63,056 bases of DNA from an uncultured delta proteobacterium (GCA_963840855.1 CAWJBB010000005.1:1-63056); one strand, 5' to 3'. Numbered from the stretch's first letter, positions 18,296-30,663 are shown. Translations and numbers: made by a program. The notes: generated by a model from the sequence alone, not told the origin.

Positions 18296-19783
18296 TCACT
18301 GCTGTGGCGAGGCGGGAAAGATCAGCGATTTGATGACTACGGGCACTGAACCGGAAGAAGGAATCAGGGCGCCGATGTCGATGTAGTCAAAATCGTTGAG
18401 CGAGATGCCATCGATGGAAATGATCGGATTCTCGATTTTGAGTTCTTCTTGGAAATGCAGTCCGACGATACCGCCGATATCACCGTCGTTGACCAGTACC
18501 AGCGGATGGCCTTTTGCGAGAATTTCTTTGAGACTCGCCGTCACCCCCTTGGAAAATGCTTGGAGCCGGAAAAAGGTCGCGGAGCCATCCCAATGAAACG
18601 CAATGGCGACGGGCTGTCTGCCGCTGAGTAAATCGAGCCGGCGCAGCGCGTTGTGCACGGCAGTCGTGATACCCGCCTCGTCGAGATCATCGCCGCTAAG
18701 ATCGAACTCCGGCGCGACCACGGCGATGTTACGCACGGGAACCGAATCCTCCGGCGTGATGAAAATTGTATTGCCGCTGACCTGGACCGTGTACTGCGAC
18801 GCGCCGATGACGGTGGCGCGGATGCGCGCCGCAGGTTCCATGACCAGCAATCCTAGATCGCCCATGCGGCGATGAACTTCATCGGCGATCAACGGTCCCA
18901 AATCGCCGAAGGTTGTCTTAGCGCGGTTATAAATAAACTCCGACACGCCGCCGGAAAACATCACGCAGTCGATCTCGCCTTTATAGGCGAGCGGCGGGAG
19001 CCGCAGCAATCCTTTGGCGTCCTCGGTAAACGACTCGGGCTTGAGCATGGCGAAGAGTTTGTCCATCATGCCCGAGGCCATCTTGCGCAAGTTCTCCTGT
19101 GAAACTTTCTGGCCCAATTCGACGTTAAAGCCGGCCCAGCCGGCGTGCTTGCGCCCGGCTTCTTCGATCCGTGCGACGGCGCCGTCCTTGTCGAAGGCGA
19201 GAAGGCGCGCGCCGATGTCCATCGCCGAGACTTCTTGCACTTTGCCGTTGTTACAAACCGCGAACTTGCTGGTGCCGCCACCGATGTCGATGCTCAAGAC
19301 CACGCCGCCGATCTTCGCCGAATGGGCCACGGCCCCGGAGCCATGGGCCGCCATCGTCGCTTCGAGGCCGTCACCGGCGCTAACGGCGACGAATTTGCCG
19401 GCTTCCTTCGCGAACAGCTCGCCGATGGCGCGGGCATTGCGCCGCCTGACGGCAACCCCGGTCAAAATCAGCGCTCCGGTATCGACTTCCTCACGGCGGA
19501 TCTTGGCGTTTTTGTACTGCTGGTTGATGAACGCTTCCAAGGCTTCGACATCGATTCGGGTATCGTCCACGTAAGGCGTCAGCAATATTTCCGACTCGTT
19601 TAAGACCTCGCGTTTGGTTACCCTGTACCGGGAGCCCTCCAGGGTAAGCTGCAGCCGGGAGAACACCAGGTGGGAGGTTGAAGAACCGATATCGACGCCG
19701 ACGCTGGTCAGTCGAAGCTCTTCTTCCTCCTGCATGTGGCGGTTGGCATTGGAGAAAGCGGCTTTGGATGTTGTGCTATCCAT
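18296..19783 (-). CDS. eutA: EutA-family (ethanolamine ammonia-lyase reactivase-like) ASKHA ATPase
   Basis: SVGVDIGSSTSHLVFS, TGALILTG, DIGGGTSK, FSGGVSE and IRATVIGASQYTVQVSGNTI motifs. Confidence 0.88.
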   Translation of the reverse strand: MDSTTSKAAFSNANRHMQEEEELRLTSVGVDIGSSTSHLVFSRLQLTLEGSRYRVTKREVLNESEILLTPYVDDTRIDVEALEAFINQQYKNAKIRREEVDTGALILTGVAVRRRNARAIGELFAKEAGKFVAVSAGDGLEATMAAHGSGAVAHSAKIGGVVLSIDIGGGTSKFAVCNNGKVQEVSAMDIGARLLAFDKDGAVARIEEAGRKHAGWAGFNVELGQKVSQENLRKMASGMMDKLFAMLKPESFTEDAKGLLRLPPLAYKGEIDCVMFSGGVSEFIYNRAKTTFGDLGPLIADEVHRRMGDLGLLVMEPAARIRATVIGASQYTVQVSGNTIFITPEDSVPVRNIAVVAPEFDLSGDDLDEAGITTAVHNALRRLDLLSGRQPVAIAFHWDGSATFFRLQAFSKGVTASLKEILAKGHPLVLVNDGDIGGIVGLHFQEELKIENPIISIDGISLNDFDYIDIGALIPSSGSVPVVIKSLIFPASPQQ

Positions 19784-19884
19784 TAAGATCCTTAACTGGT
19801 TGAAAACCGTCCGGGGTTCCAGCGTCTACAGTCTGATGTTGCCCCAAACCCTAGACCCTGGACTCGAGACTCTGGACTCTTGAG

Positions 19885-21081
19885 TTAGTAAGACTTCTCG
19901 TAGAGCTCTTGCTCCATGCGCGACTTGGCGCCGACACTTGCCAGGGTTTCTTCAAACTCTTTACGCAGGAACGGATCTTCTTCGTTGTACGGGACCGCCG
20001 TGCCGCCGTCTTTCATGTCGATAGCGCCGTAATCGATGGCTTTTTCGCCGGGGCGACCGCGGTCGCGCCCTGGCGCATTGGGGCCGAACCAGGCGGTGAG
20101 ACGAAGAGGTTCTTTGCTGGCGCCGAAGTGGGCGTGGAACCAATTGCCGCTCATCGGTGCCGCACTGACCATGCCAACAGGTTCGTAATCCTGCCGTCTT
20201 ATTTCTTCCGTTGTGCCTTTTTCCCAGGGGTGCGTGCCTAATTTTGACGGCCAGGTGTAGGTATATCCTTTGCCGCTCAAGCAGATCAGCACCGCGGCCG
20301 AGCCGTGCGCATGTGCCTTCGAGTAACGGCCGGTTTCGTGCTGGCCGATCCAAAAGTAAAACTGCTGTCCCGCCATATGCGGTTCGATGCGCCGATAACC
20401 CGGTGATCGGCGGTTATCCATGGGCAACTCACAATTCATCACGTCCGGAATAATATTAGTTTTGCGCATCGCGAGGCCGCGCAGTGGGTCGGGCGTGACC
20501 TCTTCTTTGTATTTGTAGTAGTCGTCGCTGGGATCGAAGCGGTCCTTGAACTGATAGGGACAATTAAAGATAAAATCCTCGTTGCCAAAGTTGTTCATGA
20601 CGTTCGGCGCCGTGGTGCCGGCCAACAAAAGCGCCGGGCTCGAGGTCGCATTAACAATGCGGTGCGTTGCATTCATCGGAATGGCGAAGATCGAACCTTT
20701 CTGCCATTCGAAGGTAAGTTTCTTCGGGTTACCGTCGACCCACACTTCCGTCGTGCCGCGGCCGTCGACGACTAGATACTGCTCTTCGTAGAGATGCTTC
20801 TCCGGATTGAGCGCGCCGGCGCCCGGAACTTCGACGACGTAGCAGCCCCAGAGACCCTCGGTGCCGAGCAATTGAATAAATGTCCCGCTCCCGCCCATGC
20901 GCTTCCACGGCTTGCGCGGCAAGTCCTGCACGCGGCGCACGCCGATGTCGCGGTAGATCGGTATCCCCTGTGACTCCATGAAGTTGTCATAGGGCGAGTT
21001 GGGTCTCAAAAACTTGCCGTAGCCGGCGCGTTTTCGATTATCTGTCGGTTCCTCAAATTTTGCTTCCGGTGCGTGATCCAT
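19885..21081 (-). CDS. Bicupin protein
   Basis: Two cupin motifs: EKHLYEEQYLVVDGRG...IPMNATH and KAHAHGSAAVLICLSGKG...WFHAH. Confidence 0.85.
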   Translation of the reverse strand: MDHAPEAKFEEPTDNRKRAGYGKFLRPNSPYDNFMESQGIPIYRDIGVRRVQDLPRKPWKRMGGSGTFIQLLGTEGLWGCYVVEVPGAGALNPEKHLYEEQYLVVDGRGTTEVWVDGNPKKLTFEWQKGSIFAIPMNATHRIVNATSSPALLLAGTTAPNVMNNFGNEDFIFNCPYQFKDRFDPSDDYYKYKEEVTPDPLRGLAMRKTNIIPDVMNCELPMDNRRSPGYRRIEPHMAGQQFYFWIGQHETGRYSKAHAHGSAAVLICLSGKGYTYTWPSKLGTHPWEKGTTEEIRRQDYEPVGMVSAAPMSGNWFHAHFGASKEPLRLTAWFGPNAPGRDRGRPGEKAIDYGAIDMKDGGTAVPYNEEDPFLRKEFEETLASVGAKSRMEQELYEKSY

Positions 21082-21474
21082 AAGTCCTCCTCTTGAATAT
21101 CTTCGTTTCGATTGATAATCCCAGGCGACGCAAGCATTGCGCCTCGCTAATCAAACTATTTTTCTATCGTTGAAATCCTAGTCTGTCAATGACGCTTTGG
21201 ACCAGTGCGGCGGGCGTATTAGCCAGTGATCACTTACAACTCGCGCTCAGAGGATGATTTCGCATGGATAGGATCTTCGGGATGATGCGACTTTAGTGTT
21301 GCCGTTTTAGGCCGAGTAAGGTTGGAGGATACTCGCTTTTGAGGTTGATGCTGCTTTTGCGTGAAAGTGCGCAAGTTTCATCTCATATCGGTTGAAACGT
21401 TTCTGCCGATCGTGCCGATGAGCCGCCGGGGTGAGCACGGTAGCGCTGGAATAGGGCTGACAAAACCGCCTTCT

Positions 21475-22079
21475 TTACATTTGCTCCGGATCTTTCGTAA
21501 ACGACAGCTTCCGGTAAACCTGCCTCGCGGTATCGACGTCGCGTTTGCAGTATTCATAAATCTCGGTGAGCTTGCCGGCACGGTAGTACGGATAGACCTT
21601 CGAGCCGTCCAGGCTTTCCTTCGGCGACGGGACTCCCAAGGCCTTAGCCAGGTTGTCGAGACTGATATGTTCGCGGCCCCATTTGCTCCATTCCTGCATG
21701 GTGTCGAATATCGGGTTGTTGCGGAAGCGCGTGAAAGGAATGTCCCGCGGCGGTTTGATCTGATGAATGATCGAGCGCTGCCAGATAAAGCGCAAATCGA
21801 AGTCGAGGACGTTGTGTCCGACGAAAAGATTGGCGTCCATCGCAAGCTTCCAGAAATTCCGAATGATCGCCGTTTCCTCGCCCTCGAGGACGTTAATCGG
21901 TGAGTCGGCGGGCGGATCGATGGCGTAGGCGAGGCAAATAATTTTTGCCGTCGTTGCTGATAGACTGAGCTTTTTGAAAAGCTCCCCCTCGTCGAGTTGA
22001 TCTGCGAGTCAAGCAGCCCATTTTCGTTCAATGATTGGTCGGTGGGGACGGTTTCGATATCGAGATAAATGATTTTCAT
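21475..22079 (-). CDS. DnaQ-like (DEDDy, PolB-exo2-type) 3'-5' exonuclease; single frameshift near 22000
   Basis: ExoI LDIET, ExoII GHNVLDFD, ExoIII YCKRDV. Confidence 0.85.
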
Positions 22080-22089
22080 AAAACTAGAT

Positions 22090-25000
22090 TCAAAACAGCC
22101 ATAGCTCCTGATTTTTCACTCCGCCAACTTCCACGGCTTCGCCGAGGCGCAAAAAGATTATTTTAAAAGCGGCGGGTTCCCGTCCTAGACTCTGCCTGAC
22201 AGCTTGAGAATAAATTTCTGCTTGCTGGCCATAGCGAGCCGCGCCTTCAGTCAACTCGTTCTTGCCGATCCTATCTGTCTTATAGTCGGCCAAGTAAAGC
22301 AAGCCGTTTTTTTCGTAGATCAGATCGATGACGCCTTCCATGATCTGCCGGTTCCATGGCATCAAGAACGGCACTTCGCGGCCGAGAATTCGCGCGCCGG
22401 CGAGTTCGGCATAAGCTTTCGAACGGAAGAAGCCGATTTAAAAATGGCTTCGAGCTCGGATTCGATCTTACGTCGGGTTGATTTGAATTCGCTTGGCAGT
22501 GTGTCATCGATGAAATCGTAAAGTTGCTCTTCGAAGGTTTTGACGTCGCCGGCGAACTGCCAGTTCTGCAGAAAACGATGCGCCAGATCGCCGACAACCA
22601 GCGCCGGCGTTTGCCGAAAGATTTGTCCGTTTATCTTGCTGCCGGCTTCTGTTGAGGCTTCTTCTTGCCGTTTCAGGAGCGTCGGCGTAAGGAACGGCGC
22701 GTAGTGTTGCGCCTTCTCGTATGACGCAGCGCGGCGCGTCCAAGTGTCGATGAAGGATTGCCAATTGAAGTTTTGCTTAGTCCGGTTGGATTTGCCCCTG
22801 GCCTTGCTGGGAGCGGTCAGGCTCGCGCTTACGACTTCGATTTCCACCGTGCCATTGCCGACATTAGCTGTTTTTGACGCCTCGGCGTTGTGGATGCCGT
22901 CGCTGAGCGTACCGTCGAGCATGGAGAGGAAACTGCCGCTTGAGCGCCGGTTGCTCGGCGCGCAGGAGATGATCAAGTTTTCACGCGCTCTGGTCATGGC
23001 GACGTAGAGCAGACGCTTTTGTTCTTCGGCGTTTCTGAGCCGGGTCTTTTCGGCGATATAGAGTCCGGCGAGATCCGAAATCGTGCCGATGCGCAGGCCG
23101 GTCAGTGCCGTCGACCAATCGAACATCGCTTCGGCATCGGCGCTGTGTCTGCCTTCGATGCCGGTCTGACAGCCGGCCAAAATTACGATCGGGAACTCCA
23201 AACCCTTGGCCTTATGTATGCTCATGATGCGCACGGCGTCGAGGTTTTCTTCGGCGAGGACGCTCTCGCCTTCGTCCTTGACGTCGAGTACGCGTTTTTC
23301 CAGTTGGCGAATCGCTTCCTTGAGCGTTGTCAATCCTTCGCGGCCAAGCAGTTCGGCCTGTTGCGCCAGTTTTTGCAAATTGGCCACCGCTTGTTCGCCG
23401 TGAAAATAGCATGCCGCTAGCAACTCCACCGGTAACGTCGCGAAAATATGTGCTACCGCGGCGCCGATCGGCATGGTCCGAGTCCCATTGTAGAGGCGCG
23501 CCAGAGCGTCATAGAGCTCGGCGAGAGTCGGTGGAAAATCCTTGCCAGCGAGTTTCTCGGCGGCGCGGTAGTCGAGCAGGTTTTGCCGGTGCAGCTCATA
23601 AATCTGCTGGTCCGTGAGTCCCCCCAAAGGCGAGCGCAGTACACCGACCAACGCGAGGCGGTCGTGGGGATTTTCCACCGCGCGCAGCAAATTGACCGCG
23701 TCGATGATTTCTTTTGCCGCGTAAAAGTGGCGCTCGCCTTCCACGACATAGCGGATCCCCTGGCGGCGCAAGGGTTCTAAGTAGTCGTGGATGTCGGTGA
23801 GCTTGCGCAGGAGAATGGCGATATCTTTCGGCTGCGCGCAGACGCTTTCGCCGCGCGCGTTGAGGATCGTGGTCTTGCCTAAGACCTGCTCCTTTAACCA
23901 GCGCGCCAAGCTCTCGCCTTCGAGACGGCGCGCGGTTTCGGCATTAATCTCCTGATCAGCCGCGACAATCTTTCGCACCAAGAGTTTAGGAACGTGGCTT
24001 GGCGCAGTGATTCTCCCGGGCGCGGGATGGATGGCGATGTAGGGCGGCTGCACGCCGTCTTGAGCTTGGATGAGGGTTTCAAAAACGCCGTTGACGACGT
24101 CGAGTATCGCCGCATTGCTGCGAAAATTCGTCGTGAGCCGGCACTCGACGCCGTTCTGCGCCTTGATGATTTTCTCGACGACTTCGAGATAGGCCTCGAT
24201 GTCGGCGCGGCGAAAAGCATAGATCGACTGTTTGGGGTCGCCGACGACGAAGACTTTGCCGGGAGTCAGGTTTACCTTGCGCCAGTCCTTGGCGGAAGCG
24301 CCTTGGACTTCGGCGAGATAGAGCAGGATCTCGTACTGGATCGGATCGGTATCCTGAAATTCGTCGATGAGGATCGCACTGTAGCGCCGCTTGAGGTCCG
24401 CGCGCACGCGATCCTGGTCGCGGACGAGATTGCGCGCGCGCACGAGCAAGCCGTCGAAGGAAAGGTGCCCTTCGCCGATGAATCGTTCGCGGAAATCCTC
24501 GGCGTAAGAAACCAGCAAGCGCCAGAGCAGGCCGGTCAATTCCCCATCGACATTGACGAGCCCCTTGGCGGCGCGTACGAGCTCTTGAGCTTCGGCCCCG
24601 TCTTCCGGCTGCCAGCCCTTGAGATTTCGACTGATCGCCTTCTCGGACAACAGGGTGTGTTCTTCCGCCAATAGGTCCGACCGCTGTCCGGCTTTTATAA
24701 ATTCGCCGAGAACCGCGCGCGCCGCGCGAACTAACTTTTCGTTGAGCCGGTCCTCGGGATGACGTTCAATCAGTTTTGCCGCTTGGCCTTCGAGTTTAGC
24801 CAACCAATCGCGCAGGGTGGCCGGAATGGCGTTCCGCCCATCGAGGTTCTGTCGCAGATCTACGTTTTCCGTGGAAATCGATTTGGCCAAAGCTTTGATT
24901 TGATCGAGCTGACAGCGCGGGAGAATTTTTCGCCAGTCTTCCGCGTGGGAGCTTCGCAATGAAAGTTCCTGATCCAGCCATAGGTCCCATTGCTCGTCGA

Positions 25001-25514
25001 AAAGGCGGTCGAATACGGCGCCATCGTCCTCGTGAAACTGCGGGTCGACGCCGGCTTCGAGGGGATAAAGACGGAGCAGTGAGGCGGCGAAGCTGTGGAT
25101 GGTGCCGATATCGCCGCGCTCCATATTTCTCAGCGCGTCACGAGCGCGGCTGTCGAGTTCGTCTTTGGAAAGCTGGTAGCACGCGATCAGGGCTTCAATA
25201 TCTTTTTGAGTTTTCTTCTCGACGTCATTTGCGGGTTGGCGGTGGAGCTCGATATCGAGGAAAGTTTGCAAGCGCTGGCGCAACCGGAGCTTCATTTCAT
25301 CGGCGGCTTTGTTGGTAAAGGTGAGGGCGACGATCTCGGTGATTTTTAATGGATCGGGATTTCTGAGTAGCAAGTGAATCAGCCGGTCCACCAGCAAGGT
25401 GGTCTTGCCGGTGCCCGCGCCCGCGGTGACCACAAGATTTCGGTCGAAGGTCGCTATGGCAACTTCGCGGTCGCGGGCGTCGGGCAGCTCGATTTTCTCG
25501 GGGTTTGGGGTCAT
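22090..25514 (-). CDS. addA: AddA-like UvrD helicase-nuclease; frameshift near 22435
   Basis: AGAGTGKT, DEFQDT, VGDPKQSIYAFR, HKAKGLEF and YVAMTRA motifs; nuclease tail GVIDL...DYKT in ORF 22090-22374. Confidence 0.88.
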
Positions 25515-28500
25515 AGCTTCTTTGGAGCTTTTTCGCGCAATTCCTGGTGTGGCTTGGTAATGGGATCGTTCTCGGCGCGCCAGAGGCTCGGCGGGTGGTT
25601 TTTGCGGCAGATCGGCGCCGCATCGCAGTGACCGCAGTACTCGCCGCGATTGATAAAGAATTGACCTTTGCGAACGCCATCGGCGAGATACGCGATGGTC
25701 TGTTTGGTCGCTATGCCTATTTTGCCGGCGAGACCTTCGCTACGATAGTGTGTCGAAACCAACGGACCGGCGGACCAGCGCGGCGCGATGTAGTAAAAAT
25801 CCGCCTCGATCCCGGGTCGTGAGGGTTTAGTGACATGCTGTTCGGCCCAGTGCTCCGCGAGCATGCAATAGAAGGGCGGCTGCAATCTCTCGCCGCGCAG
25901 TGCGGAGCGGATGAGATTCATGTCTTGGGTTGTCGGGTTGGCGCCAAATTTAAATTTATAGTCGATTACGCGCAGACGTGCATCGTTTCGGTCGATGCGG
26001 TCCATTCGACCGCGGATTGCCAGCCCCTTGAGCGGTTCCGGCCAGTCGGCCGGCAATCGCGCGGTCACTCCGGTTTCCAAACTCACCGGGGCAAATCCTG
26101 AGTTCGCAAGTTCGGCCAAATCTTGCGCGATGACTTGCCGCAGCAGCTCGTGGAGACCGTCTTTGAGACTCTCCCAAGCGAGCGGGTAACCGACCGGATG
26201 GGTTTCCTCATAGTCGGCAAAGGCTCGCGCCGCGACGGCTTGCAACGTCGTTTCCACATCCACCATTGCCGCTTTACCCGCAAAGTAACCGCCGTCGATC
26301 AGAGCGCGGTAAAACGTCTTCAAAATCTCATGGCCGAGCTCGCCGAACTCGGCGGGGCTCGGTCCGAGGATCTCTTCGGGGCGGTCGAGCGGTTCCAAGC
26401 CGAGCGCATGGCGCGCGAAAAATTGAAACGGGCAGCGGGCGTAGGTTTCGAGCGCGGTCGGCGATAGGCCGCGTTCGGAAAAATGCTTCCAGTAGCTATC
26501 GAACTTGCCGACCATGCCGTCGTAACCAAGCAAGACGGTCGCTGCTTTGATCGATTTCGGCGACGACCTTGCGGCCTTGTTTGTAAAGCGCCGGCAGCGG
26601 CGCCGAGGCTTCGATCAGCACGGTGGGATCTTGGGCTTGGAGTGTTAATCGAATCGCCAGTTCCGCTGGCAGCAACAAATCCTGGCGGTCGAATGGCGGC
26701 GTGGCGGCCTTTTCGATAATGCTGCGCGGGACGGTGATCGTTTCGCTTTGAAGGCTGCTGTCTTTAAGTGCGCGCTTTAGTTCGTCGACGTACCAAGAGG
26801 GCGCCAGGACTCGGCCGCTGTCGTCGGCTCTTTGAAACGAACAATAGAGCCGCTCCCGCGCCGCGCCGACGAGCAGCGTGAAGAGTAATTTTTCCTCGTC
26901 GAAGGCGGTGAGTTTCTGGCTGACCTTATAGCCCAGGTCGCGCTCGAGAACTTCGCGGTCGTGATCGCGGAGGAAGGCATCTTCCCGAATCGTGCGCGGG
27001 AAAACGCCTTCGTTCATGCCGAGAACGAAAAGCGCGCGGAACGATAGGCCGCGCGCCGCCGTGGCGTTGAGCACCAGGACGCCGTCGCGGTTGCGGCGGT
27101 CATCCGTCACGCTCGAGCGTTCGAGCCAGTGCTGAAACGTATGGGTAAAGTCATTCAGCGCGACGCGATTTTCCACGCTATCGAGACCGGCGAGTTGGTC
27201 TAAGACAGCGAGAATCTCCGCGCCGGGTTCCGAATCGACGCTCGGCGCTGTCATATCCGCGACCGGCGCAATTCCGAGATACTTTTCCAGCAATATTTTC
27301 CAGGCGGCGACATATTCCTGCCACGAAGCTTGCGGCGGCAATTGTATTAGATCAGCCACCAATGTCTCGACGATATCAGCCAAGGACGCTAATTGTTTTG
27401 CGGCGATGCGAATGACGCGGGGCTCATCGTCGTCCGATATTTGCCTTAGTTCTAGATCGTGGTTGTAACGGCGCAGCCGGCGCCACTCGGCGACGCCTTT
27501 GCAGATGGCGAGCTCGCGGGTCGCAAGATCCCAGAGGTCTGGGCGCGGCGGGGAACGATCCCCAGCAATGTTCTTAATTTGAAAATACGGCGAAGAGAGC
27601 AGATCGATCACTTGGCCGCGCAAGAAGTCCTTCGCAGGCAAATTCTGCAGCAGGATGACGGCCTTGGTCAAAGGAAATTGTCCCAACGGCTCCTCGATGG
27701 CGCCGGCGAGCGGTATGCGATGCTGGTGAAATATGTCTTTGACGATGCGACCGTGGGAGTCGAGGCTGCGGGCGACGACGCCGATCTCACGGAATTGCAT
27801 CTTGCCATCGTCGACGAGCCGGAGAATCTCTTTGGCTGCCGTGGCGACCTCGTCGTGGATACCGAAAGTATCAACGATCTGGCAATGCCACGGTTTCGGA
27901 AAGTCGGAGTATCTTCGTTCTTTGTTGTCATCGAAAAGGCGCGCGGCAGCGGGCAATCCGGCCTGAGTTCCCGACTCTTGTGTTGACTCGGTGTTATGTC
28001 CCTGGACATAGCGCTCATAGAAACGCTCGGCGAAGCGCCAGGCTTCATGACTCGGTTTGGCGGCCAGAAGAGGAAAGAAGAGGGTAGTCGGATAGTGGCG
28101 CGCGACGGCGTAAAAAGAATCTAACTGAATCTGCGTCAAATCGTAGAATCCGTAATAGAAAATCTGCCTGAATTGTTTCAAGAAGCTCGATGCAGGAACT
28201 TGCTCGGTGGCGCAGCGGTTCAGGTCGGATTGGTCGGTAATCTTCTGTTGGTGACAAAACTGTTGAAAGGTTCGTAGCAAAACCAAGATCTGCGATGTGC
28301 GTTCGCTGGCGCGCTGGCTGAAGTGGCCCTCGCCCAGCGCTTCGAGGGCGACGGCGGGATCGACAAGACCGTCGCGGAGATCGCGCAGCGTCTGCCAGAG
28401 CGCGGCGCAGCCGCCGGCGCGCTCTTCGATGCCGGCAAAGGGTTCCGTGCCGGGCTGGCGCGTCCGGATAATTTGCCTGAGCGCTTCTTCGAGAAACAGG

Positions 28501-28757
28501 TCGCCGCGAAGCTCCGGCGGTGCGCCGCCGCTCTCGGCTTGGAGTCTGAGCGACAGTTGGTAGAAAGTCAGCAACTGAACGTTAAGCAGCGCCAGGCGCC
28601 GCTCCCGGGTCAAAAGGATCTTCAAGCGGCGGCGTAGCAAATCGGATGGCAGGAGGATCAAGAGCGGACTGAGCAAATCCGCTCTTTTATATTTCAAGAC
28701 TTCATCGACGAGAGCGTCTTCAAGGTCGGGATGAAATAGGCCAAGGATCGTCTGCAT
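25511..28757 (-). CDS. addB: AddB/RexB-like inactive helicase plus PD-(D/E)XK nuclease; frameshift near 26535
   Basis: ARGLSFRALFVLGMNEGVFPR; SPTALETYARCPF, GRMDRID...IDYK and CGHCDAAPIC (Fe-S staple). Confidence 0.85.
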
Positions 28758-28840
28758 GACCGGGTATAGTTGGGATCGGCGCGGCGCCTGAATAGCACAT
28801 TCACTATGAAATAAGGTGGTGTGAAGCGCAAGGGAATATT

Positions 28841-28921
28841 GGGTTCAAAGTTCCGGGTTCTAAGGTTCAAAGTTCAGGAGTTAACGATGGGGGTTTGAAC
28901 GCGGAACTTTGAACGTTGAAC
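28841..28921. repeat. GTTCAA/TTGAAC palindromic heptamer array
   Basis: ggttcaaagttccgggttctaaggttcaaagttcagg...tttgaacgcggaactttgaacgttgaac. Confidence 0.7.
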
Positions 28922-28980
28922 GGGAAACGCCGCAGTTTCAGTTGCATTTCAGTATTCAAACCTTTAAACACACAAACATC

Positions 28981-30663
28981 ATGCGCCCACTCGGCAGAGT
29001 AAAACTGTTTGTCGTTTCGGTTTGTCTCGTCACTGTTTGCCGCGCGCCGGATGCCGGCTGGGCGCAGCGCGCGGCGGCGGGCCTGGTCGTCTCCGATAGC
29101 GAGCTCGCCACCAGCGCAGGAATGGAAATGCTCAAGCGCGGCGGCAACGCCGTGGACGCGGCCGTCGCGACAGCCTTCGCTTTGGCAGTGGTGGATCAGG
29201 CATCGTCGGGCCTTGGCGGCGGCGGGTTCATGGTGATCTATGACGCTAAAGACCGCCGGGCCCATGCCCTCGACTTTCGCGAGACGGCACCGGAGGGCGC
29301 CCGAGCCGATCAATACGCCAGGAACGGTAAACCAGCGCGGGAATTGAGCGTCACCGGCGCGCTGGCGGTCGCGGTGCCAGGGGAAGTGGCCGGTTTGCTG
29401 GAAGCATCGAAACGATTCGGCACGCTGCCGTTGCAAGTCGTGCTCGCGCCCGCTATCGGCTACGCGACGAATGGCTTTCCGCTGGAAGCCACGCTCCGTT
29501 ACGCCATCGACCGCCAGCAGGGGGCGATGAAAAGATTTCCCGATCTCGCCCGAGTCTATATGCCCAAGGGGGAAGTGCCGGCGGAAGGTGAGACTATCCG
29601 CCAGCCGGAGCTTGGCGATACGCTCAGAGCTGTGGCCTCTCAAGGCGCCGAAATCTTCTATCAGGGCTGGATCGCCGAATCCATCGTTGAGACGGTCAAG
29701 AAGAATGGCGGAACGCTCACGGTGGAGGATCTCAAAAATTACAAGGCCGTATGGCGGGAACCGCTACTCGGTTCCTACCGAAAGCACACGGTGATCGCGA
29801 TGCCGCCGCCGAGCTCAGGCGGCGTGGCGATATTGCAGATGCTGAACGTCCTGGAAGGCCACCAGCTAAATAAGCTCCCGCACAACTCAGCGACCTATCT
29901 TCACCTAATAACGGAAGTCTTGAAACACGCGTTCGCCGACCGGGCGCAATACCTGGGCGACCCCGACTTTGTCACCGCGCCTATCGCCAAATTGATTTCC
30001 AAGGACTACTCCGCGTGGATTCGCAGCCGCATCTCGCCGGTGAAAACCCAGCCGGCTAAGTTTTACGGACTCGTCCATTTCAAACCGGAGCAAGGCGGTA
30101 CGACGCACTTCAGCGTCATCGACCGAAACGGCAACGCGGTGGCCTGCACGATGTCGGTGAACACGCGCTTTGGCTCCAAATTGCTGGCGTCCAAAGCGGG
30201 CATCGTGTTGAACAACGAGATGGATGATTTTTCGATCTATTCCGCCGGCAACGTCTACGGGCTAGTGGGAAACGAAGCGAATTCCTTGCAGCCGAAAAAG
30301 CGGCCTTTGAGCAGCATGTCGCCGACCATCATTCTTCGCGGCGACCGCCCTGAGTTGATCGTCGGCGGCGCCGGTGGGCCGCGCATTATCAGTGCGACCT
30401 TGCAGACGATACTGAACGTGATCGATTACCGCATGCCGGTGGACAAGGCCGTCGATGCCCCGCGTATTCACCACCAGTGGTTGCCGGAGCGGCTCGAAGT
30501 GGAAAATGACCTGGCTCAGGAGACGAGAAATTCTCTTGAGCGGCGCGGGCATGGGCTCAGGGAGACGAGACTGGTCGGTGTCGTTCAGGCCATTGTTGCC
30601 GGGCGCGGCAGGGTGAGCGGCGCGGTGGACCCGAGAAAAGTCGAGCGGGCGCGATCGGAATAA
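28981..30663 (+). CDS. ggt: Gamma-glutamyltransferase
   Basis: GGNAVDAAVA, LDFRETAP, the catalytic TTHFS, NNEMDDF and RPLSSMSPT motifs. Confidence 0.95.
   Translation: MRPLGRVKLFVVSVCLVTVCRAPDAGWAQRAAAGLVVSDSELATSAGMEMLKRGGNAVDAAVATAFALAVVDQASSGLGGGGFMVIYDAKDRRAHALDFRETAPEGARADQYARNGKPARELSVTGALAVAVPGEVAGLLEASKRFGTLPLQVVLAPAIGYATNGFPLEATLRYAIDRQQGAMKRFPDLARVYMPKGEVPAEGETIRQPELGDTLRAVASQGAEIFYQGWIAESIVETVKKNGGTLTVEDLKNYKAVWREPLLGSYRKHTVIAMPPPSSGGVAILQMLNVLEGHQLNKLPHNSATYLHLITEVLKHAFADRAQYLGDPDFVTAPIAKLISKDYSAWIRSRISPVKTQPAKFYGLVHFKPEQGGTTHFSVIDRNGNAVACTMSVNTRFGSKLLASKAGIVLNNEMDDFSIYSAGNVYGLVGNEANSLQPKKRPLSSMSPTIILRGDRPELIVGGAGGPRIISATLQTILNVIDYRMPVDKAVDAPRIHHQWLPERLEVENDLAQETRNSLERRGHGLRETRLVGVVQAIVAGRGRVSGAVDPRKVERARSE

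Noticed and set aside
25511-26533. Stand-alone Cas4-like nuclease
   Set aside because: It is the frameshifted C-terminal PD-(D/E)XK/Fe-S domain of AddB
21475-28757. addAB and the exonuclease as true pseudogenes or programmed frameshifts
   Set aside because: One indel per gene with intact motifs, matching a window-wide pattern of likely sequencing errors; no slippery-site evidence
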